Below, piece by piece: positions 24,680 to 34,179 of a DNA stretch of 64,000 bases (its first letter is position 1; every line of letters begins with the position of its first letter). The DNA is from Tubulanus polymorphus (lineage: Eukaryota > Animalia > Nemertea), in NCBI RefSeq assembly GCF_964204645.1, contig NC_134025.1:18885101-18949100 (forward strand), read 5' to 3'. The notes beneath the pieces are model-generated. The model made no database searches and was not told the DNA's origin. It worked only from the letters and a program-made list of their open reading frames with translations. A program made the position numbers and the translations under genes.

Positions 24680-25623
24680 ATGGAAGGAGGTAAAGTATAT
24701 AAACATATTCCATACATCGATACACATGAAAATAATGATGGTTTATATTATGTAATACCTTGTAATATAGCTTTGATATTTGATCCTATTTTCAAAATTT
24801 ATAAAACTAAACTAATAGAAATCGATAATAATAAAAGTGGTGTTGTTGATAATTTAAGTAATGTAATACCTTCTACATCTAATAATGTAATACCTACTAC
24901 ATCTAATAATGTAATGCCTACTACATCTAATAATGTAATACCTACTATATCAAATAATGTAATACCCTCTACATCAAATAATGTAATACCTTCTACATCT
25001 AATAATGAAATAATATTAAATGTTAGTGAAAATAGAAATTATTGTGATTATTGTAAAGGCGAATTTTCAAACGCTCCATCAAATTGGAATAAACATATGA
25101 ATACAAGGGTACATATAAATAATGTAATAGATCGTGTTGGTTTAAAAGAATTTATAGAACACCCATTTAGATATGTTACAAAATTTGTTTCAAATAAAAA
25201 GTAAATGGTAAAGAATTATATGAAGATTTTTTATTAGCAACACCTAATAAAGATGAATTAGATTTAACCGATGCTAATAAAATATTAGGATCAAACATTG
25301 TAAATGAAATATTAGGAGCAAACACTAATAAAGATGATAATGAAAATGGCGCCATACGGCACCCACATGATGATATAGTTACAGATAAGCATATTGATAA
25401 TAAAGATTCTATGAAACATAAAGTAGTAACTATTGATGATGTGATAGAAAGGATGAATAAGCATAACAATGAAACAACTATTGATGATGCGGTAAAAAGG
25501 GTGAAGAATAAGTATAAAAATAATGAAGAATTAGAAGAAGATTCGGTAGAGAAATTGAATAGCTTGTTAGGGTCTGATAGTGAAAGTGATTCAGAAAGTA
25601 ATTATCTAACAATCAAAAAGTAA
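24680..25623 (+). pseudogene. Protein with (NNVIPSTS)n repeat, C2H2 zinc finger and acidic tail; probable frameshift near 25200
   Basis: 24-nt tandem repeat ~24857-25006; CDYC...HMNTRVH. Confidence 0.6.
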
Positions 25624-25627
25624 TAAA

Positions 25628-26010
25628 GGTTGAAAATTGTATAAAATAATAGTAAATAAAAAAGGGGGTTTTAAGTATTAAGGTATTTAATACATATCTA
25701 ATACGTATCTAATACGTATCTAATATGTATCTAATACATATTATTTGAAAATACCTTAAATTATATATCTTTTTTAAATTTATATTGAAACCTCAGTAAT
25801 AATAAATAACCTTTATTATTTTCAAACTTATTCATATATTAGTTGAAAAAAATAAAAATAAATTGGTTGAAAATTGTATAAATAATATTTATTTTAAAAA
25901 AGGGGGTTTTAAGTATTTAAGGTATCTAATAGGGTATCAGGTATTAGGGTATCTAATGGGGTATCAGGTATTAGGGTATCTAATAGGGTATCTAATACAT
26001 AGATATATAA
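25628..26010. repeat. Duplicated non-coding block with short tandem units at the gene convergence point
   Basis: GGTTGAAAATTGTATAAA...AAAAAAGGGGGTTTTAAGTATT at 25628 and 25865, each followed by GTATCTAAT-type repeats. Confidence 0.75.
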
Positions 26011-26014
26011 AAGG

Positions 26015-26610
26015 TTATTTTATAAATTTATATTCATAGGGAAATTGTAGTCTCAGGAATAATTTTGAACCTTTATTATTCTTTAATTTATTCATATAAT
26101 CATCATGTAATTCAGTAGGTATAATTTGATTTTCTTCCGATGATTGTTGCATAGATTTCTTATCTTTGTTATAAAATAAAACTAGAAATCTTATATTCTC
26201 CCTAAAGTCTTTAACAATTGAATTATATTTTTGATTTAAAACCCATGTTGTTATCCCAAAATGTCTCCCAGAGAAAGCTAGATAACATAACTCACTTTCT
26301 CTAACTTTTGAATCAGGTAAATTTGCACAATCATCTATAATGAATAATGTATTTGATCCTTTATAAGTATCAATTGCTATTTTAATACAATTATCTAAAT
26401 TTGGGATAATATAATAAACTTTTTTATCTTAACTATATCTCTATTATATGTTTTATTCATTTCATAAGTAGGACAAAATAATATTATATTATCAAAATGA
26501 TTCTTATAAATAGTTTCTAACAAATCTAATATGAAATGTGTTTTACCACAATTGGTTACACTAGTAACTAACATATTATGCGGTTCAAATATAAATAAAT
26601 CTTTATTCAT
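26015..26610 (-). pseudogene. A32/FtsK-type packaging ATPase, frameshifted
   Basis: SVTNCGKT (Walker A G to S), TLFIIDDCA Walker B. Confidence 0.85.
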
Positions 26611-27702
26611 TTATTCTTTTAATTTTACTAGATAAAATCCATTCATTAAATTTATCATCATATCCTTTATATTTCACCAAAGAATACTTTTTTCCTTTAA
26701 GAGTTTTTGTTTTCAATACTTTTTCTATTTTGTATTCTATTTCATCTGGGTTTGGTACAAGTGATAATTCTTGTTCATAGACATAACCTAATATTTCTTC
26801 ATCTTTTAGATCTTCTAATTTATAAACAAAAGGTTTAGTTAGTATTATCTTTTTAATCTTGAATATTTCTTCAGTAAAATTTGGGGTATGACCTTTATAA
26901 AAGGTTTTTCGATATTTAGATATTCTAACGTGTTGTCCTATTTTAAATTTAGGTTCACCGAAATCATGTGTAACAAATGCTCCATATAAATTATTCCAAC
27001 CTATTTCTGAATTATCTTCTTTTCTAGCTTGTATAGGTTTCATATTTATAGAACTATGTTTAGAATTATTATAACCTTTCACTAAATCATCTAATACATC
27101 GATATATATATATATGTTTCATTAGCAGTAAAGTATTTCCACATTCTAGTTTTCAATGTTTTATTAAATCTTTCTATAATAGATGCTTTTTTATCTGAGT
27201 GTTTTGAAAAATAATCTACATCGTTATCAGATAATAGTTTTTTAAAATGTTTGTTATAAAATTCCTTACCTTCATCAAATTGTATCATATCTGGAAGAGC
27301 TTCTTTAAATATTGATTTAAAAGCATTTGTTACTTCTATTCCAGTTTTAATTTTGATTGGAATTGACCATGCGTATCTACTGAATATGTCTATAACATTT
27401 AATATCCAGAAATATCCTTTGTCGTGTTCTTCTAAGTTCTTCATGTCAATTAAATCTGCTTGCCATTGTTGATCGATATATGAAACCATAACTTTTCTTG
27501 TTAAATAAGTTTTATCCATTTTCTTGTGGATTTGATATGTTGGTTGATTTTGTAACCATGATTTTAATTCACTATATTTTATATCACCATTACCATTTTC
27601 CTTATCAGATTTAATTTTACCCCAAAATTCTGTAACGTTAGAATATGATACTTCACTTTCTGGGTTATAATATCAATCTCTTAAATATTGTTCTTTTTTC
27701 AT
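26603..27702 (-). pseudogene. DDE integrase plus chromodomain; early stop and (TA)n frameshift near 27100
   Basis: Same motifs as copy A; YKIEKVLKTK...VKYKGYDDKFNEWI. Confidence 0.92.
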
Positions 27703-27708
27703 TCTATT

Positions 27709-28077
27709 TTAATCCATTAATAATAATCTTGGTTTATTTTCAATGACTTTATCATTTGACTTATTTTCTGGTATAATAGGTTTATTGTCATTGGATTCAT
27801 CTTTATCATTAGATTTGAATTTTGATTTATATATTACACCGGATAATATAATAACTGTTACTAATCCAATTGTAATATATAATTTATAATTACTTCCAGC
27901 ATTAGAAGAATCAGATGGATTATCATTCGAATCAATATCAGATAAAGTCTGTGATTCATTTATATCAGTTAATTTCTTTTTCTTAGCTTTTTTTAATTCT
28001 GAAGATCTTTTACCTAATTCTCTTGCCCATTTAATTTGTTTCTCGGATCTAGCCTTTTTCTTAACTCCATCACTCAT
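27709..28077 (-). CDS. Unknown 122-aa TM protein (homolog of 2320-2715)
   Basis: Near-identical translation. Confidence 0.7.
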   Translation of the reverse strand: MSDGVKKKARSEKQIKWARELGKRSSELKKAKKKKLTDINESQTLSDIDSNDNPSDSSNAGSNYKLYITIGLVTVIILSGVIYKSKFKSNDKDESNDNKPIIPENKSNDKVIENKPRLLLMD

Positions 28078-28680
28078 TTATTTTAGTTAATTTTTGTTCT
28101 GATTCATTTTCTGTTTCGACGTTTGGTTGTAGTACATCTGTTTCGTTCTTACCTGATTTATATTCCATAGGCTTGATGTTCGAAAATGTTATGACACCAG
28201 TAGAAATTAATGTCATAACCGATCCTAATTGGAATGAAGCATAACCAAACCAATTTTTGTAATTCAGTCATAACTAAATAATCATTTTTCAAATCACTAT
28301 ATAATTTATTTTCATCATCAATTGGTATTAACTGGTTACATAACTAAGAATAACATTTGACAATACCATCTGAAATAGAATCATTTATTCTAGCTAAATC
28401 TAGCTTCTTCATAAATCTTAAAATATTTTATTACTTTATCTGGTTTCATAGCATCTAATTCTTGAAAAGTAATAGTCTTAGTTAAAAACTCTCTACACTT
28501 TCCGCTAGCAATCAATAGTTCGAGATGGTGTTTACAATATAAATAGTATTCATAATCTATATTACAATTAACTTGAATATTATTTTCAATTTTGGCCGGA
28601 ATATCCTTATTATCACTAATGCCCAAATCATCTAATGTCTTTTCAATATCAATACTATTCTTATTAGATTTCTTTGACAT
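28070..28680 (-). pseudogene. Homolog of 2708-3313, frameshifted
   Basis: Translation matches until EEAR, then shifts frame. Confidence 0.7.
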
Positions 28681-28924
28681 TTATATTAGAGAAAAAAAGC
28701 AAAAAAAATGTTATAAGTATTCTTCAAATGATACTAGTATCTCTTTGGGTTAATAATTTAGTTAGTTAAAGGTAAAGAATTTTAGTATTAGTTATTGTTT
28801 TTTTAGTATTTTTTATTTGTGATATAAAGTATTCTTTTTTGAAAAGAAAATATTAAAAATATAATAGAATAGATAGTTGAAGGTATGTAATTTTTATTAT
28901 ATTTTATTTAAATTCTATTATTCT

Positions 28925-29590
28925 TCAACCACTCATTAAAGACTCAACGTATTGTTCATTATTTGGATCATTATTCCATAATTCAATAAATTTTTTTGCT
29001 TTATCCAGTTGATTCAAATATAACTGTAAATCTAGTTTATTAAATTTTATTTTATTTTCTTTCTTTTCAAGAGGTCTTAAATTCTTCCAATTCCAAATTA
29101 ACTTTTTATCATATTCATCATTCATGTCAAATTTAGAAATAGGCAACACATGATCAATATGAAAGTATTCACCATAATTATCTATATTCATTTTATCATC
29201 GAATTGATATATTATCCATGATTTGAAAAATTCATCTGAACAACCCAATAAATTAGATAGTGTTTCAGAATGTGTTTCTTTGTTGAATAATTGTGTTAAT
29301 CTAGATCTTAAGCATTGTTTCAATCTAAAATTAAGATCCGTTTGATATCTTTCTCTCATATATTCTGTCATATAATCATTATAAGCTTCTCTATTATCTT
29401 CTCGATATTGTTTGGTATATAGTTTAAAACAAGTTTTACAGCAATATTGAAAACCATCTTTGCTAATCTTACGCTTACTAAATTCTGTTAATGATTTATC
29501 TAATTCACATTTCGAATACTTCTTGTAACATATATTTATAACACCAGTGTTATTTGTAATATTGATAGTTTGTGGTTGTTCTGGTTCCAT
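28925..29590 (-). CDS. HNH endonuclease, 221 aa
   Basis: HIDHVLPIS...WKNLRPL; near-identical to 4831-5481. Confidence 0.85.
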   Translation of the reverse strand: MEPEQPQTINITNNTGVINICYKKYSKCELDKSLTEFSKRKISKDGFQYCCKTCFKLYTKQYREDNREAYNDYMTEYMRERYQTDLNFRLKQCLRSRLTQLFNKETHSETLSNLLGCSDEFFKSWIIYQFDDKMNIDNYGEYFHIDHVLPISKFDMNDEYDKKLIWNWKNLRPLEKKENKIKFNKLDLQLYLNQLDKAKKFIELWNNDPNNEQYVESLMSG

Positions 29591-29710
29591 TTATTATACG
29601 TATATTTCACTAAATTGGTTAATATTTTAGAATCCTCTTCCATTTCTTCGACCAACGTCATCCTTTTTCATTCTTCTTTGCTTTTGATAAATTGTTTCGA
29701 TTCCTTGATA

Positions 29711-30265
29711 TCTAGATAATACCACTGGGCAAAAGCGCGCATTCATGCGCGCTTTTGCTTAATGCGCATGCGTTAATCATAATTATATATTCATTCTATA
29801 AATTCTGTAAAATAGAAACAACACATGCGTTGCATGCGTCACATGCGGCCATTGATGTCCGGTTTTGCTTAATGCACATGTGTTAATCATAATAGAAACA
29901 ACCGACATGAAATATCTAAATAATACCACTGGGCAAACCGCTCTTATAGGAGCGTTTTTGCTTAATGCGCATGCGCTAATCATAATTATATATTCATTAT
30001 GTAAATTATGTAAAATAGAAACAACCGAACACAGAAAATATCAAAACGTGTTCGCATTAGGCAAAAGCGCGCATTCGTGCGCGGTTTTGCTTAATGCGCA
30101 TGCGCTAATCATAATTATATATAATTATGTAAATAGAAACAACCGACATGAAATATCTAAACGTGTTCGCATTAGGCAAACCGCGCATTCATGCGCGCTT
30201 TTGCTCAATGCGCATGCGCTAATCCTAATTATATATTCATTCTGAATAGAAACGACCGAACATAA
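29711..30265. repeat. Array of ~5 units (~100-125 bp), most with a GC-rich palindrome
   Basis: GCAAAAGCGCGCA-TTCA-TGCGCGCTTTTGC followed by TTAATGCGCATGCG.TAATCATAAT...ATAGAAACAACCGA. Confidence 0.85.
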
Positions 30266-31069
30266 AAATTCACCAAACAGATTTATGCAATACATTATAC
30301 AAGTTGTTCGGCCGTTTCTTCCAATACATCATTTGATTTCTATAAATACAATTTATAATTACAAACATTTTTTCAATTGCTGGTAAATATTTAACTACAT
30401 CAACAAATGTTAAACTTAATCATCGGAGTCTTAATGTTTTTGAAATTCTTATATAGTTTCTTCGTTGATCTTTTGTGATTCTATTGGTTTGATATCCATT
30501 GCTGTTGATTCCTCAGTCAGAAAGAGTATCTTGAGTTTCTCTATCACTTCTTGATGCGTATGACGTTTTATTAATCTAAAAGATATTAGCGGCAACTCTA
30601 GCCATCTAAAAGATATACTAAATACACTTAAATATATCTAAAGGTTTCATATTTAATAGCCCTAATAACTACAAAAAACAGTACTTACATTTAGATTTAG
30701 AATTGTAAACTATAAACTCCTAATTTCGTTTCGAGAGATAGAATATCCTAAGCGTAATGTTACAGCGTCTGTTCAGTTCCTGCCACGTCATCTGGTTCCG
30801 GTTCTAGAGTGTTCTCTGCACGTTTGCAATAATGAGTCATATGTCTCGGCGTCATAGTAACAGCTGTGAATTTATAGATTTATTCCATAGCTCTTTACAT
30901 TGAATGTATATAGGCTCAAATAGAATCATGTTCACACTTTACTAACACTTTTAATGTTTAAAAATCTAACTCACACAAATATGAATATTGAAATAATGTT
31001 GTAAATATATACTTTTATATTGAATAATCTGTCAATTTAAATGTTATTCATGTATATGATTATTTTAAG

Positions 31070-31478
31070 AGTAATAGGGGTTTAGTTGGTTCAGGTTAAA
31101 GGTTGAATGGTCGAGTTCATTAAAAACAAATATTAAAAGTAATTTAAAACTATAATATATTTTCATAGCCGTGTGTATTTTAGTTAAATAATAGAATAAT
31201 TATTATTATTTGAATATATTTGATTATATGAATTTGTGTATTGTAAATAAATCAATTGGTCGCGGAGCGGAGCTTTAGCGAAGCGGAGCGACCAATTGAT
31301 TTAATACAATATGCTTTTAAAATTTAAATTATAAATATCTTAGAATAAATATTTAGTTATAAAATAAAATGCACACGGTTATGAAAATATATTATAGTTT
31401 TAAATTACTTTTAATGTTTTGTTTTTAATGAACTCGACCGTTCGACCTTTGGCCTGAACCAACTAAACCCCTATTACT
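31070..31478. repeat. Right terminal hairpin of copy B, ~409 bp
   Basis: AGTAATAGGGGTTTAGTTGGTTCAGG...CCTGAACCAACTAAACCCCTATTACT; apex stem AAATCAATTGGTCGC/GCGACCAATTGATTT. Confidence 0.95.
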
Positions 31479-34179
31479 GAGAGTGTATGGACACATCAAC
31501 CTCGGTTCAAAGCTGTCCCTGATTAAATTGTATAATCCGTATATAACATATATAGATTGGTCCCATTTTAACTAACTCAACTGCTTGAATGTCTTGTTTC
31601 TTATTCGTAAATTTTCACTTATTCATTGATTGTTTCTGGAGAGTTATATAGGGCCTATGTGATATATAAACGTGGAAACCAGGGCCCATTGCACTAAGAA
31701 AACACTTGACATTTTTTTGGGACAGATCTTTCTATATGTTTATGTCCTCGAGGCATCTGAAGTTAAGAAAATTCCCTTTGAAAACTGGATGTGACATGAT
31801 GAAATAAGTTGCTGAATGTTTAAATTCGACAAAATGAATGTATTTTGCATTCCTAAGGGCCTATATATTTACTGCAGTTAGTCCTGTATGTCTTTTTTAT
31901 CGCAATTTACTGTTTATTCCTGTTTGTCCTGTATGTCTTTGTTATCGCAATTCGTTGGTTGAATTGTTTACTGTTAGTCCAGTTTTTTGAAGGGGGGAGG
32001 GGAGGGCAAATGAAAGCTACAACAGGATGGCTAAGCCATTCCAGAGCAAGCACCGATAACGCAAAGACCCTCCCTAAAGAATTTTTGGAAAAATAGATGC
32101 AATCAGGTGCATTCTGAGTATACTTAATAGAAAGATGTCTCGTATTTTATTGTTTTAAGTGTGCGAATATTTTTCCTAGATTGATGGAGATCAGCATGGC
32201 GAGGTTTTGATTTGAACCAACAAATAAAGAAAAAAATCCAAACCTCAAAACAACCAGTTTACTTGAATTTATTTTTGGGGTACATATTTTTTACCTAGTT
32301 CAGATTTGATAACACGGTAGTCGCTTGTTCGAAAGCGATGTGCCGTATCATATTGTTGAAGACAGACCTGGAAGGTCTTTGCCGATAGCGATGGTATCCA
32401 AGATTTCAAAGGATGTGAAGAAGGTGCATATCGTCGAGATAGAACTCGCGTCTGTGACAACCATAGTTTGCAGTTTTAAAAATTTACAACATAATAGTTT
32501 CATTAAACAATTTAAAACTTAAAAGTTTAGTGGACTCATGTTTAACGAGGGCAGGGGTTGAGGTTTCTCGCAACCGTACATGATATATGTATACATACAC
32601 TAGCAGTATATACAATGTACTTCTAACCCTTATAAAACTATTATTAGTTATTTTACAATTATTAAACGGCAACGTTGAAATGCGATATGCGCTCAGAGCG
32701 GCCGTAGTGATTTTGGCGTATTGCGGGATTCGAACCGCTCGGAATTTGTTCTTGTGACGTCACTAGCCATCGACCAAAACAGGCTTTCAACCTTTTGCAT
32801 ACAATTCGGTTCGAGTCCCGACATAATAATCTAACGTTAAGTGACCCCTTCAGGGAATGGGGTGCGTGTGTATGTTTTACTGGCTTCCCGGATAGGGGTG
32901 CGTACTGAAAGGGTTAAACAACTCTGATTGAAGGGGCAATTTGAAATTCCTAATGTGATAATTAGGCTACTTCCAACCGAAATGTAATTGAAATCTATTT
33001 TACACTCATCACCCCCACGAGAGGTATACGACGGAGGGACATCAATAAGCATTTACAATTGTAAAACATAACGTCAAATAAAGAATAAGCAATAAAATTT
33101 ATATACATACATACACTAAACATACATACACATACAAATACTAAAATATTACAGCGTCTCAACGTTGTATTCACGTTCTATCGTTGTTTCTACGTTGGTA
33201 GATTCCATCATTCCTAACCAGTTACAAAGAGAAAAACAATCTTTTCTTTTATTGAATGTAATAAAAGACTTTATTTGAAACAAAAATACATTAACAATTG
33301 CCTGCTTTGGCAATAATAAGTCACTAAAAATAGAGGCTAAGATTGGATTTCAGTATTCATCTAATACTTTTGATTAGGTACATAAGCTTCACACCTTAAG
33401 CCTATCTACCACCACCACCCTTACGATCGGGTGCATATTTCAATGCATTTCCAATGGACTTTAGAACCTCGGACTCAGTGCTGCACACGAAACGCCGCAT
33501 TACACATTCTGAAAAATATACCATCTAATTACAAATCGATTTCAGGCAAGTCCTCTACGTAGTATGTCTTGTTACAATATGTATATCTAATTGTATTTTG
33601 TCCCGCCAGATGGCGCTTGAGAATTACTTTATAAAATGGTGGTTGCTTAGAATAAACGCGTTCGAATTAATCTCTCTCGTTTTGACTGATTTAATTGATA
33701 TAGAGGACGACACGAAACATGGTGGCAGCGGTGGCCCACAATTAAGTGATCTAACGAGGGCACAGTGAATGTTTTGAGTTTTGTTGCTTTACTGAGGATT
33801 ATCAGAGAACAGACAGCATGTCTAACGAAAACGTGTTGCCGCCCGCACCGAGACCCGTTGCCGGAAAATACACCAAAACCGCTTGAAATGGGAGATAATG
33901 TGGCGGAAAATTGGAAGCTATGGAAACAGCAATGGGACATTTACAACATCGTAAGCAATTTACGCGCGCAAAGTGGTGAGTACCGTACCGCTTTATTTCT
34001 GCATTCGGTCGGGACGGAGGCTCTCAAGATTTATAACGGAATGAATTTCGAAAATGCAGGTGACGAGAATGATGTGGATAAGATAATTCAAAAGTTTGAT
34101 GACTTTACGGTCGGCGAGATAAACGTTACGTACGAACGCTACATATTTAATTCGAGGAATAAAAAGGCGGATGAGTCAG

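Larger units (their letters stand above)
10576..31478. mobile_element. Endogenous Polinton/PLV-like element copy B, both ends present (~14 kb after removing insertions)
   Basis: 5' AGTAA and 3' TTACT termini with imperfect ~47-bp inverted match including CCAAAGGTCGAA.GGTCGA; capsid, ATPase and integrase genes in two convergent blocks. Confidence 0.88.

Noticed and set aside
29865-30245. 126-aa ORF with repeated LLNAHALIII
   Set aside because: Translation of the palindromic DNA array; opposite to the local gene direction and lacks the element's start motif
29711-30265. CRISPR-like array of palindromic repeats
   Set aside because: Inter-repeat sequences are homologous to each other rather than unique spacers; eukaryotic context; no cas genes
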